In this document: piece after piece, positions 10,122 to 19,666 of the stretch
Position numbering within the stretch: the stretch's first letter is position 1
Layout: each line of letters starts with the position of its first letter
Source: an uncultured bacterium
GTDB taxonomy: Bacteria; Desulfobacterota_D; UBA1144; Nemesobacterales; UBA2774
Assembly (NCBI GenBank): GCA_963705505.1
Contig: CAVPJU010000010.1
Location: forward strand, 28,488 to 92,487
DNA: 64,000 nucleotides
Direction: 5' to 3'
The notes under the pieces: generated by a model
What the model saw: only the letters and a program-made list of their open reading frames with translations
What the model was told of the DNA's origin: nothing
Databases searched by the model: none
Made by a program: the position numbers and the translations under genes

Positions 10122-11786
10122 TCATGTATCGTTGCTGCTCCTTGCCGCCTTCAAAGCGCAGTTGACGATTGCCTGTGCCTCTTCCTGGATGCGGCGCAAA
10201 TGATCCTTCCCACTAAAACTCTCCGCATAAATCTTGTAGATATCCTCCGTCCCGGAAGGACGAGCCGCGAACCATCCGGTCTCGGCAATAATCTTCAATC
10301 CCCCGATGGAACCGCCATTGCCCGGTGCTTGAGTGAGTATGGCTTGGATTTTTTCGCCCGCCAGATCTGTGGATCGAACCTGGTCGGGTGAGAGTCTTTC
10401 CAGCGCTTCCTTTTGCTCCTGGGTGGCTGGCGCCTCAATCCGTTCGTAAACGGGCTCACCTAACTCACGAGTAAGCTTCCGGTAGATCTCGCCAGGGTCG
10501 CAGCCCATACGTGCTGTGATCTCTGCCGAGAGCAGCGCTGGGATGATACCGTCTTTATCCGTGGTCCATACACTACCATCAAGGCGGAGAAAAGAAGCTC
10601 CCGCGCTTTCTTCACCGACGAAACCAAGCGAACCATCAAGGAGACCATCAACGAACCACTTAAAGCCAACCGGCACCTCATAGAGCTTCCTACCGAGCTT
10701 GGCGGTGACGCGATCTATCATCTGGCTACTTACAACTGTCTTACCTACCGCCGCTTCCTGCCGCCACTTAGGTCGGTATTGGAAAAGGTAGAAGATGGCG
10801 ACTGACAGATAGTCATTGGGCGGCAACAAACCCACACTCTTGGTAACAATGCCGTGTCGGTCATGATCTGTGTCGCAGGCGAATGCGATCTCGAAACGAT
10901 CCTTCAATTTGATTAATCGCTGCATCACATAGGGCGAGGAAGGATCCATGCGTACCTGGCCATCCCAATCAACGGTCATGAAACGAAAGGTCGGATCGAC
11001 CATCTCGTTTACGATCTTGAGGTTCAACCCGTAGCGATCAGCAATCGGACCCCAATAGTGGACCCCGGCTCCACCGAGTGGATCCACGCCCAGGCTGATC
11101 TTCGAACCGCGGATGGCGTCCATGTCAATTACACTGCCGAGGTCGTTCACATAAGCATCAAGGTAGTCGTACCGGTGCGTCGTGTCTGCGCGAAGAGCTT
11201 TTTCAAAGGAAATTCTTTTTACGCCTTGGAGGCGATTTTTGAGAAACTCATTTGCCTTCGCCTCGATCCAGCCGGTAATGTCAGGTCCCGCCGGCCCGCC
11301 GGTGGGGGGATTGTACTTTAAGCCACCATCATCCGGCGGGTTGTGCGAGGGCGTGATCACAATGCCATCGGCAACTCCTGTTGTGCGGTTGCGGTTGTAC
11401 ATTAGAATCGCGTGAGAAACGGCAGGAGTCGGCGTATATTCATCACGCTCAGCGATCATGACATCCAATCCGTTTGCCGCCAGCACTTCAAGCACACTGG
11501 CAAAAGCCGGCACGGAAAGTGCATGGGTGTCCATACCCAGGAACAGCGGGCCATCGATCTTCTGCTGCTGGCGGTACAGGCAAATGGCCTGACTGATTGA
11601 GAGAATATGCCATTCATTGAAAGTCTTCTCGAATGATGAACCACGATGCCCCGAGGTACCGAACACGACCCTTTCTTCAGTAACCGAATGATCAGGCATC
11701 TCACTATAATAAGCAGTGACTAGCTTGGGTATATTAACCAGCCTTGAAGGCTTGACAGGCTTTCCTGCAAAATGATTCAAATTCAT
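10122..11786 (-). CDS. pgm: phosphoglucomutase (alpha-D-glucose-phosphate specific)
   Basis: 554 aa with the active-site TPSHNP and GGPAG.. motifs of the PGM/PMM family. Confidence 0.9.
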   Translation of the reverse strand: MNLNHFAGKPVKPSRLVNIPKLVTAYYSEMPDHSVTEERVVFGTSGHRGSSFEKTFNEWHILSISQAICLYRQQQKIDGPLFLGMDTHALSVPAFASVLEVLAANGLDVMIAERDEYTPTPAVSHAILMYNRNRTTGVADGIVITPSHNPPDDGGLKYNPPTGGPAGPDITGWIEAKANEFLKNRLQGVKRISFEKALRADTTHRYDYLDAYVNDLGSVIDMDAIRGSKISLGVDPLGGAGVHYWGPIADRYGLNLKIVNEMVDPTFRFMTVDWDGQVRMDPSSPYVMQRLIKLKDRFEIAFACDTDHDRHGIVTKSVGLLPPNDYLSVAIFYLFQYRPKWRQEAAVGKTVVSSQMIDRVTAKLGRKLYEVPVGFKWFVDGLLDGSLGFVGEESAGASFLRLDGSVWTTDKDGIIPALLSAEITARMGCDPGEIYRKLTRELGEPVYERIEAPATQEQKEALERLSPDQVRSTDLAGEKIQAILTQAPGNGGSIGGLKIIAETGWFAARPSGTEDIYKIYAESFSGKDHLRRIQEEAQAIVNCALKAARSSNDT

Positions 11787-12041
11787 TGCATAACGACCTG
11801 ATGCTGTTCTAAATCATGTATGAATAAATAAGACAATAAAGAATCCGGAAGCCGCTATATCAAAAACCAAGACCCCAACCTTATTCTAAACAATTATTAT
11901 TAAGGTATTGTGAAAATCAGAGCAATAGAAACCGATGAATGAATTTTTTATCAGATTTTTACGCGAGACTATATGTTAATTCGTCTGATATTTCGCATGC
12001 TTTAGCGAACGTGATTTGTAAAAATCCTGAACATTTGTTAG

Positions 12042-12071
12042 TGTTATTAATATGATAGATTACGTAACTCC
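12042..12071 (+). repeat. direct repeat copy 2, overlapping the true start of the radical-SAM gene
   Basis: See copy 1. Confidence 0.7.
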
Positions 12072-12948
12072 CTACTTCAGGCCCCCGAGCGAGGGTAATA
12101 GCTTCATTCTCCAGGCGACGATAGGCTGCTCCCACAACCAGTGCACTTACTGTGCAATGTACAGAGAGGAGGAGCAGAGGTTCCGCATACGTCCGATGGA
12201 AGAGATAAAGCAGATCATAGACGAAGCGAGCGAATCGGGACAAATAGACGACCGTGTATTCATAGCCGACGGCAATGCGCTTGTACTTTCGCAGAAGAAG
12301 CTCATCGAAATCATGGAGTATCTCAGAGAAAAATCCCCCGGCATCGGGCGTATCAGGATGTATGCGAACGTCGGCGATATACTGAGGAAAGGGGTCGGGA
12401 ACCTGAAAGAGCTGAAGATGCTCGGCCTCGACATGGTTTATATAGGTTTTGAGAGCGGGGACGATATAGTCCTCGAGCGGATAAAAAAAGGGGCGAGCTT
12501 TGATCAGACGGTGAAGGCGTCCCGGATGCTGAAGGAAGCGGGGATAATGAACTCAGCCATGGTGCTTCTCGGCATGGGCGGCGTCGAGAGGAGTGCCGAG
12601 CACGCGGAAGCGACAGGCAGGCTCCTCACTGCGTGCGACCCCGAATACGTCGGCGCGCTTTCCCTCCAGCTCCGTCCGGGTGCGCCCGTGTACGACGAAT
12701 GGAAGAGGGGGGAATTCGAGCTTCCGGGTAAGTTTCAGATGATCACGGAGCTTCGAATACTCGTCGAGAATACGGAGCTTACAGACGGGTACTTCTTCTC
12801 GAACCACATCTCGAATTATCTGCCTATCAAGGCGAAGTTCCCCGAGGACAAGGAAGAGGTGCTCCGGCAGATAAGAGCCGTGCTCGAGAGCGGGGACGAG
12901 TCGCTTCTCCGCCCCGATTATTACAGGGACGTCATAAACCAGTACTGA
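12052..12948 (+). CDS. radical SAM protein
   Basis: 298 aa with the CxxxCxxC motif (CSHNQCTYC) near the N-terminus. Confidence 0.7.
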   Translation: MIDYVTPYFRPPSEGNSFILQATIGCSHNQCTYCAMYREEEQRFRIRPMEEIKQIIDEASESGQIDDRVFIADGNALVLSQKKLIEIMEYLREKSPGIGRIRMYANVGDILRKGVGNLKELKMLGLDMVYIGFESGDDIVLERIKKGASFDQTVKASRMLKEAGIMNSAMVLLGMGGVERSAEHAEATGRLLTACDPEYVGALSLQLRPGAPVYDEWKRGEFELPGKFQMITELRILVENTELTDGYFFSNHISNYLPIKAKFPEDKEEVLRQIRAVLESGDESLLRPDYYRDVINQY

Positions 12949-12987
12949 ACTATCTTTAATAATAACCAAACTTAAAGGAGAAATATT

Positions 12988-13923
12988 ATGCCCAGGATCG
13001 CCACGATTTCACCTGTCTGGGGATGCAGTATAGCCGACCTCCGCGCCCTCGCGAATGAGGCGGAAGCGGGGGGTTTCGAAGCTATATTCTCCCCCGAGGT
13101 GCCGCCGTATAACGGTTTATCGAACGCTCAGGTCTTTGCCGAAGCTACGAGCAAGATCAAGGTAGGCACGTGGATAACAAATATTTACATGCGTCTGCCC
13201 GTGATCGCGGCCGCGACCGCCCTCACTATTCAGGAGTTATCGGGCGGCAGGATGGTGCTCGGTCTCGGCGTTAGCCATAAGCCCGTAAACGACAGGTACG
13301 GCATAGAGATGGGGGACCCCATAGAGAAAATGAGGGGATACGTGAAGGCTGTGAAGTCCTTCATGGACGGTACGGCCCCGCAGCTGACCCTCAAACGCGA
13401 GCTGCCGAAAGTCCCCGTGTATATCGCGGGACTCACGAAAGGGGCGGCCAAGCTCGCTGGTGAAGTAGCGGACGGAATAATGCCTTACATGTCCACGCCG
13501 GAATATATCAAGACGCTGGCGGGATACGTTGCCGAAGGTGCTAAGGCTGCCGGACGAGACCCTTCTGAGATAGACATCACGCTCGGCATACCGTCTGTCG
13601 TATCGGACGACCTCGGGCTCGCCAGGAAGGCGGGCAAGCGCGGCCTCTCCGGATATCTTCGGTTTCCGTTCTATCAGAGGCTCATGAGGAATAACGGCTT
13701 CGGCGACGTAATTGACAAGATCAATGGCGGAGCGGATCCGGCAGAGGTATTCACGGACGAGATGCTCGACGCCGTTGCGCTCGTAGGCCCGGCGGAAAGG
13801 TGCAGGGAGAGGCTCGAGGCATACAGAAAAGCAGGGGTCGGTCTCCCGATAATCGTGCCCAACGCCGCGGGAAAACAGAGCAACATCGAGGTAATGAAAA
13901 TCACCGTCGCGGCGTATAAGTAG
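12988..13923 (+). CDS. LLM-class (luciferase-like) flavin/F420-dependent oxidoreductase
   Basis: 311 aa with an LLM TIM-barrel signature (..GRMVLGLGVSHK..). RBS AAAGGAG upstream; co-directional with the radical-SAM gene across a 39-nt gap. Confidence 0.7.
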   Translation: MPRIATISPVWGCSIADLRALANEAEAGGFEAIFSPEVPPYNGLSNAQVFAEATSKIKVGTWITNIYMRLPVIAAATALTIQELSGGRMVLGLGVSHKPVNDRYGIEMGDPIEKMRGYVKAVKSFMDGTAPQLTLKRELPKVPVYIAGLTKGAAKLAGEVADGIMPYMSTPEYIKTLAGYVAEGAKAAGRDPSEIDITLGIPSVVSDDLGLARKAGKRGLSGYLRFPFYQRLMRNNGFGDVIDKINGGADPAEVFTDEMLDAVALVGPAERCRERLEAYRKAGVGLPIIVPNAAGKQSNIEVMKITVAAYK

Positions 13924-14145
13924 TAGTACTTCATTTGTATGAGCGGCTTCCGCCGCGTCCGAACGAAGACCAGGCTTATCTGTCATTTCGAACACACGTG
14001 AGAAATCTATTTTTTAATCCCCTCTCCCCTCCGAGGGAGAGGGCAAGGGTGAGGGGGTACATTAGAAATAAAAACTGCGTTCGTCACTGAGCGCACACGT
14101 AGTGTGCCGTCGAAGGGTGAGTTGGGATGGGTAAAAACAGCTGCC

Positions 14146-15858
14146 TCACTTCTGCTCCACTTGCAATGTCCTCAGCCTGTTTATCGCCGCGGCAAGCTCG
14201 ATCTTCCTGAACTCCGCATAGCCTCCCGAAATCCTCGTACCTATGACATCGAGCCCGTCCCTCGCTATGTCCATCATTACGAGGGATGCCACCTCCCTCA
14301 ATGTCCTCTTCCCGTCCATGTACCTCCGCGCGTACTCTATGGCGTCCCCGATCGCCGCAGTCTGGCATATATCCACAAGCTGCTCGACGGCGTGCAGGTC
14401 TATCTTCTGTCTCCCGAAAGATATCGATTGGAGGCTCTTGGCCGAAATCTTGACGTCCTTCTTCCCCTTCCTCGGGTCGAAGCTCCCGGCAAGAGGTATC
14501 CTGTCGGTCACCCTCCCTAATGGGCCTCCCCCCTCCTTCTTCCTCTCGCTCGGGAACCTCCGCGCTATTTCGAGCGCCTCGGCAGTGACATTCGCAGGCT
14601 TATATTCGATCATACAGATCACGTGGTCTGCCACATCGAAGTAGTCCCCGGAGCCCCCCATCACGAGCACCGTTGATACCCTCTGGTCCGTGTAGAGGCT
14701 CCTGACCGTGTCTATGTAGGGCGTTATAGGCTCCCTGTCCTTCGATACGAGCTCCTGCATGCGGTGGTCCCTTATCATGAAGTTCGTCGCCGAGGTGTCC
14801 TCGTCGATCAGCAGCACGTGAGCGCCCGATTCGAGCGATTCCAGTATGTTCGCCGCCTGAGACGTGCTTCCGCTCGCATCCTCGGTTGAGAAGGACTTGG
14901 TGTCCTTCCCGTAGGGGAGGTTCGAGATGAATGGCGATATGTCCACCTTCTCGATCCGCCTCCCGTCCTCGGCCCTTATCCTGACCGCGTTCGGGTTGGT
15001 GACGACGAACTCCCTCCCGTCCCCGGGAATGTGGTTGTAGATGCCCTCGGATACGGCCTCAAGCAGAGTGGACTTGCCGTGATACCCGCCTCCGACGATG
15101 AGCGTCACCCCTTTCGGTATCCCCATCCCGGATATCTGCCCCCTGTTCGGAAGCTCTACGTCCATTTTGAGTGAAGGAGGGGACTCGAACGGGACCGCCT
15201 CGTCTTCACTCATAGGCCCCGGGTCGATTCCGCTCGCTCGGGGGAGTATGCTCCCCTCAGCGATGAAGGATACGCAGCCGAGCCCTTCTATCTCGTTCCG
15301 GAGAAAATCCGCGTCCTCAGCCGTCTCGATGTGCTCGTATAGAGCGTCCTCGTCGAGGTTCCCGAATATCATCGAAAACCTGACTATCTTCGGAAGCTCC
15401 TCGAAGAACATGGCCTCCGCGTGCTTCCCGGCCACACTGCGTCCGAAAGCCGGCAGGCCCATCCCGAACCTCGCTTCGGCATACATGTGCGTGACGACCA
15501 CCGACGAGCGCTCGAGTATCTGCTGGCCCGGCCTGCTCATGGATATCAGGCCGCTCTTCCCGCTCCCCCTGTTCCCTAAGGAGAACTTCTCCGACGCTGA
15601 GTTGAATGCCCTGGCGATGAAGTCCCTGAGCGCGATCTCCCTCGTCTTCCCGGAGTAGGTGTCCTTCGGGAACCCGGCGGTGTCCTGATAGACCCTTACC
15701 CTCACGCGGGACGGCGAGGCGAAGGGGTCCCCCTGCACCCGGTCTATATAGAATACGAAATCGTCAAACCCGTACTCGCCCGCAATATCCCTGTACGCTG
15801 GGTATCCCCTGCCGTCTATAATCCTGAGCGCGTCCCTCAAATCGTGTGCGGTCTTCAT
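14146..15858 (-). CDS. ABC_ATPase domain protein (COG3044 / PF09818-like predicted ATPase of the ABC class)
   Basis: 570 aa. Walker A GGGYHGKST, Walker B LLIDE, overall similarity to the 'predicted ABC-class ATPase' family. Confidence 0.65.
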   Translation of the reverse strand: MKTAHDLRDALRIIDGRGYPAYRDIAGEYGFDDFVFYIDRVQGDPFASPSRVRVRVYQDTAGFPKDTYSGKTREIALRDFIARAFNSASEKFSLGNRGSGKSGLISMSRPGQQILERSSVVVTHMYAEARFGMGLPAFGRSVAGKHAEAMFFEELPKIVRFSMIFGNLDEDALYEHIETAEDADFLRNEIEGLGCVSFIAEGSILPRASGIDPGPMSEDEAVPFESPPSLKMDVELPNRGQISGMGIPKGVTLIVGGGYHGKSTLLEAVSEGIYNHIPGDGREFVVTNPNAVRIRAEDGRRIEKVDISPFISNLPYGKDTKSFSTEDASGSTSQAANILESLESGAHVLLIDEDTSATNFMIRDHRMQELVSKDREPITPYIDTVRSLYTDQRVSTVLVMGGSGDYFDVADHVICMIEYKPANVTAEALEIARRFPSERKKEGGGPLGRVTDRIPLAGSFDPRKGKKDVKISAKSLQSISFGRQKIDLHAVEQLVDICQTAAIGDAIEYARRYMDGKRTLREVASLVMMDIARDGLDVIGTRISGGYAEFRKIELAAAINRLRTLQVEQK

Positions 15859-16099
15859 CGATTCGGGAATAATATGATACTTTGAGAGTGAAGTCCACAG
15901 CGGGAATATCTAAAACCGGACAGCCCGAAAACAGACATTGAGGGCACCGGTTTTCATAGACTCAGCCGCGGCTATAAATTTGTGAACGGGTGCTGTTAAA
16001 ACTTGTGGAAATGCAAAAATAAATATTGTATGTTGTTTGGTGGTTGGGGGATATAACACACCGCGGGCGGATTTCAATTTCACTGAAGGAGGTATTGGT

Positions 16100-16431
16100 A
16101 TGAAGTCTAATTTCAGCAAGTGGTTAATCATCCTTTGCGCCGGAGTGCTTGTGGGCTCGGGCTGGGCGCATGCAAGCGGAACGAAGAGCCTGCAGAGGAA
16201 AAGGTCGAAGAGGTCGAGGTTGACGAGGTCGAGACACCGTCTGCGCAGGATACTACCGAAGATATGACGGAGGAGTCTGTTGAGATGTCAGTCCAGGAAT
16301 CGACCGGTTCCGGCACTGAAGTAGAGGAAACGGTTGAAGAGACCGTGGATTCCGTTCAGGACGCGGACCAGCCAGCGCCCGACCAGACGCCCGACAAGAG
16401 CGGACAGGATTCCGGTCAAAACGCGCAGTAG
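16100..16431 (+). CDS. small acidic lipoprotein, apparent frameshift between signal peptide and mature part
   Basis: AGGAGG RBS, then ATG 16100 encoding MKSNFSKWLIILCAGVLVG... The acidic body (EEPAEEKVEEVEVDEVETP...) sits in the -1 frame from 16120. One extra G in the GGG run at 16153-16155 would restore a lipobox ...LGLGAC-K. Confidence 0.5.
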
Positions 16432-16646
16432 GATTTAAAACGGTATCGTTAACGGAGTTCAAGGGTAGGTTTTATTTATAGAACATAATCGGGGCGGGCA
16501 TATACGGTGTCCGCCCTTTTTGTTGATTCTTCCGATCCGGACCTGACTTAAGCTCTTATTTCACCCTCCTCACAGTCTCTCGATTTATTCCTCACGCGCC
16601 GGCCCCGCCTTGTGCGGAGTCCGCTTCAAAGATAAAATACCTCTCT

Positions 16647-16874
16647 ATGAAATCCAGGAGAACGTTCGAGGACGCCCTTAAGGAGCTCAAGGAAATAATA
16701 CGCAAGCTCGAGAGCGGCAACCTCCCCCTCGAAGATTCGATAAAGCTCTTCCAGGAAGGGACCGAGCTCATCTCGTTTTCGCATAAAAAGCTCAATGAAA
16801 TCAGGAAGAAAGTCGAGATACTCGTCGAAAAGAACGGGGAGACGGCTTTTGAGGATTTCGAGCCCGAGAGCTGA
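16647..16874 (+). CDS. xseB: exodeoxyribonuclease VII small subunit
   Basis: 75 aa, typical XseB helical sequence (FEDALKELKEIIRKLESGNLPLEDSIKLFQEG). Confidence 0.85.
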   Translation: MKSRRTFEDALKELKEIIRKLESGNLPLEDSIKLFQEGTELISFSHKKLNEIRKKVEILVEKNGETAFEDFEPES

Positions 16875-16880
16875 TCCGCA

Positions 16881-17777
16881 ATGGGATTCGATATAAAAAG
16901 CTATCTTAATCATAAGCGGGAGCTTGTGGACAGCAAGCTCGACTCGCTGCTGGCGGACGGGGGCGGTCATCCGACGAGGCTCCTCGAGTCCATGCGTTAC
17001 AGCGCTCTCGCCGGGGGCAAGAGGCTCCGGCCGATACTCACGATCGCGGCGGGAGAGGCTGTGGGAGGCGACCCTTTAGAGGTCCTGCCCGTAGCGTGCG
17101 CTATAGAGATGATCCATACCTATTCGCTCATACACGACGACCTCCCTTCCATGGACGACGATGCGCTCAGGAGGGGTGTGCCGACGAACCACAAAGTCTT
17201 CGGGGAGTCGACCGCGATACTCGCGGGGGACGCGCTTCTGACGGACGCATTCAGCATTATCGTGAGAGACGGGCTTAAAGCAGGCATAAGCCCCGAAGTT
17301 ATCTGCGGCGTCGTGAGCGATATATCGCAGGCCGCGGGCTCACACGGTATGATAGAGGGGCAGGCTATAGACCTCGCTCTTGCGGGAATTAAGGACGTAA
17401 CTATAGGCGAAGTCGAGCGAATGCACGCTCTCAAAACAGGCGCAATGATAAGGGTATCCGTCACGACGGGCGCGAGGATCGGCGGGGCGGATAAAGTACA
17501 ACTCGCAAAACTCACTTCCTACGCCGAAGCAGTCGGCCTCGCGTTTCAGATAATTGACGACGTGCTCGATGTAGAGGGGGAGGGGGACCTCGGCAAGGAG
17601 AGGGGCAACGACGCGAGACAGGGGAAATCCACTTACCCGGGGCTTGCGGGGATCGAGGAGTCGAAAAGGAAAGCTTCCGACCTCACGCGGAGCGCCGTCC
17701 GTATGCTTGAGGGCTTCGACGAAAAAGCCGAGCCGCTAAGGCAAATTGCGCTCTATCTGGGCTGCAGAAATCACTGA
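16881..17777 (+). CDS. ispA: polyprenyl (farnesyl/geranylgeranyl) diphosphate synthase
   Basis: First and second aspartate-rich motifs: LIHDDLPSMDDD and FQIIDDVLD. Confidence 0.88.
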   Translation: MGFDIKSYLNHKRELVDSKLDSLLADGGGHPTRLLESMRYSALAGGKRLRPILTIAAGEAVGGDPLEVLPVACAIEMIHTYSLIHDDLPSMDDDALRRGVPTNHKVFGESTAILAGDALLTDAFSIIVRDGLKAGISPEVICGVVSDISQAAGSHGMIEGQAIDLALAGIKDVTIGEVERMHALKTGAMIRVSVTTGARIGGADKVQLAKLTSYAEAVGLAFQIIDDVLDVEGEGDLGKERGNDARQGKSTYPGLAGIEESKRKASDLTRSAVRMLEGFDEKAEPLRQIALYLGCRNH

Positions 17778-18550
17778 TGAACATTAAAGAAGGCAGGGAA
17801 CGCGCCTCGGGGAGGAAGAGGCTCGACGCAGTCCTCGTCGAGAGGGGGCTTGTTGAGACGAGGGCCAGGGCGCGCGCCGTCATCATGGCCGGGGACGTCT
17901 ACGTCGACGGCGTCAAGACGGACAAGGCGGGCGCTCTCGTAAAGGAAGGCTCGGAGGTCGCGGTCAGGGATACCTCCCTTAAATACGTTAGCCGGGGAGG
18001 GCTCAAGCTCGAAGCAGCCTTGAGGGAGTTCGGCATAGACCCGAAGGGGAAGACGGCAATAGATATAGGCGCCTCCACAGGGGGCTTCACCGACTGCCTG
18101 CTCAAATCCGGAGCCGAGAAGGTTTACGCGATCGACGTGGGCTACGGCCAGCTCGACTGGAAGCTCAGGCAGGACCCGAGGGTCACGGTAAGAGAGAAGC
18201 TGAACGCCCGATACATCAAGCCCGAAGACATAGGGGAGCCCGCGGATATAGTTGTTATAGACGTCTCATTCATTTCCCTCACGATGATAATCCCTCCCGC
18301 GATTGCGCTCCTTAAGCCGGGCGGAGTCCTCGTCGCGCTCATAAAGCCGCAGTTCGAGGTAGGGAAGGGGGAAGTGGGGAAGGGCGGCATAGTCAGGGAC
18401 GAATCGAAGCACAGGGAAGTAGTGGATAAGATCACTGAATTCGTTAAGAGTCACGGTCTCGGAGTCCTCGGGGTTATTCCTTCGCCCATCGAAGGGGCTG
18501 AGGGGAATAAGGAATTTCTGATTGCCGCGGTTAAAGGGAACGAAGATTAG
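17777..18550 (+). CDS. tlyA: TlyA-family rRNA 2'-O-methyltransferase (S4 domain + FtsJ fold)
   Basis: 257 aa. S4 RNA-binding N-terminus and an AdoMet methyltransferase core (IDIGASTGGFTD). Start overlaps the ispA stop (TGATG). Confidence 0.85.
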   Translation: MNIKEGRERASGRKRLDAVLVERGLVETRARARAVIMAGDVYVDGVKTDKAGALVKEGSEVAVRDTSLKYVSRGGLKLEAALREFGIDPKGKTAIDIGASTGGFTDCLLKSGAEKVYAIDVGYGQLDWKLRQDPRVTVREKLNARYIKPEDIGEPADIVVIDVSFISLTMIIPPAIALLKPGGVLVALIKPQFEVGKGEVGKGGIVRDESKHREVVDKITEFVKSHGLGVLGVIPSPIEGAEGNKEFLIAAVKGNED

Positions 18551-18565
18551 GAGAGTACGATCGGG

Positions 18566-19210
18566 CTATTTCTTTCCCCAGTCTGCGAGGAACCTTTCAA
18601 GCCCGATATCAGTGAGCGGGTGTTTCACTAACTGTTTGAATACCTTGTACGGCATTGTCGCAATGTCTGCACCCATTTTCGCCGCTTCGACTACGTGGAG
18701 CGGGTGTCTCACGCTCGCTACGAGCACTTCCGTTTTGATGTCGTAGTTCTCGAAAATTTGAACGATGTCCTTGACCATCTCCATGCCGAATTCCGATATA
18801 TCGTCGAGCCTGCCGACGAACGGGCTCACGTAAGCGGCTCCTGCTTTCGCGGCGAGGAGCGCCTGAGAAGGGGAGAATATCAGCGTCACGTTCACGTTTA
18901 TGCCTTCGTCTGACACAATTTTCGTCGCCTTAATCCCGTCCTCGGTGAGCGGCATCTTCACGACCACGTGCTCGTGTATTTCAGCGAGGTCCCTCGCCTC
19001 GTCTATCATGCGCTCTATGTCCGTCGAGAGCACCTCGGCGCTCACGGGCCCCTTTACGATCTCGCATATCTCCCTGACGAGTTCCTTGAACCCCTTCTGC
19101 TCGCCTTCCTTGGATACGAGGGACGGGTTAGTCGTCACGCCGTCGAGCACGCCGTAGCTCGCGGCGTCCCTTATCTCGTCGAGATTCGCGGTATCGAGAA
19201 AGAATTTCAT
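18566..19210 (-). CDS. tal: transaldolase / fructose-6-phosphate aldolase (short Tal/FSA type)
   Basis: 214 aa: [13 protein letters not shown]...GVTTNPSL...Schiff-base Lys region VKMP. Confidence 0.88.
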   Translation of the reverse strand: MKFFLDTANLDEIRDAASYGVLDGVTTNPSLVSKEGEQKGFKELVREICEIVKGPVSAEVLSTDIERMIDEARDLAEIHEHVVVKMPLTEDGIKATKIVSDEGINVNVTLIFSPSQALLAAKAGAAYVSPFVGRLDDISEFGMEMVKDIVQIFENYDIKTEVLVASVRHPLHVVEAAKMGADIATMPYKVFKQLVKHPLTDIGLERFLADWGKK

Positions 19211-19367
19211 GACTGCCTCCTCATCGAAATTGAGGTGGAATATACCATAATTCCCGCGGGCTTTGAAATTATAAGCGCTATTGAGATCGATTATCCCCGG
19301 AATTATTTGACAAATATGGTATTCCCTGCAAAATATTCACGATTATCCGCAGGAGGGATGTAATTTA

Positions 19368-19658
19368 ATGGCTAAAAGAATTAAATCCGGAATCAAGAAA
19401 CACCGTCAGAGCATAAAGAAAAGAGACAGGAACACCATAGTTAAATCCGACCTCAAGACTCAGGTAAAGAAGATCAGCACACTTATTGAGAATAAGGACG
19501 TAAAGGCTGCGGAAGAAATTCTGAGAGAGACGGAATCAAAGCTCAAGAAAGCCGCTTCGAAGGGCGTAATCAATAAAAAAACTGCATCGAGGAAGACCGG
19601 CAGGCTCGCGAAAAGGATATCTCAGCTCTCAAAAGCTCCTGAAGCCCCCGCTTCGTAA
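19368..19658 (+). CDS. rpsT: 30S ribosomal protein S20
   Basis: 96 aa, MAKRIKSGIKKHRQS..., very basic. Confidence 0.9.
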   Translation: MAKRIKSGIKKHRQSIKKRDRNTIVKSDLKTQVKKISTLIENKDVKAAEEILRETESKLKKAASKGVINKKTASRKTGRLAKRISQLSKAPEAPAS

Positions 19659-19666
19659 ATACCCCC

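Noticed and set aside
2948-11786. Whole left-hand block being a foreign island on compositional grounds
   Set aside because: By eye, xfp/glgP/pgm use fewer AGG/ATA codons than genes beyond 12 kb. The Cache gene, the BASS transporter and the 153-aa ORF are mixed. I could not compute statistics, so only the repeat-bounded xfp-glgP-pgm segment is reported as a likely insertion.
13237-13995. 252-aa minus-strand ORF overlapping the LLM oxidoreductase
   Set aside because: Shadow ORF of a GC-rich gene.
14020-14043. GC-rich perfect inverted repeat (ccctctccc ctccga gggagaggg) between convergent genes
   Set aside because: It looks like a terminator stem, but the T-run precedes rather than follows it on the plus strand, and an A-run follows on the minus strand. 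It is not a canonical intrinsic terminator in either direction.
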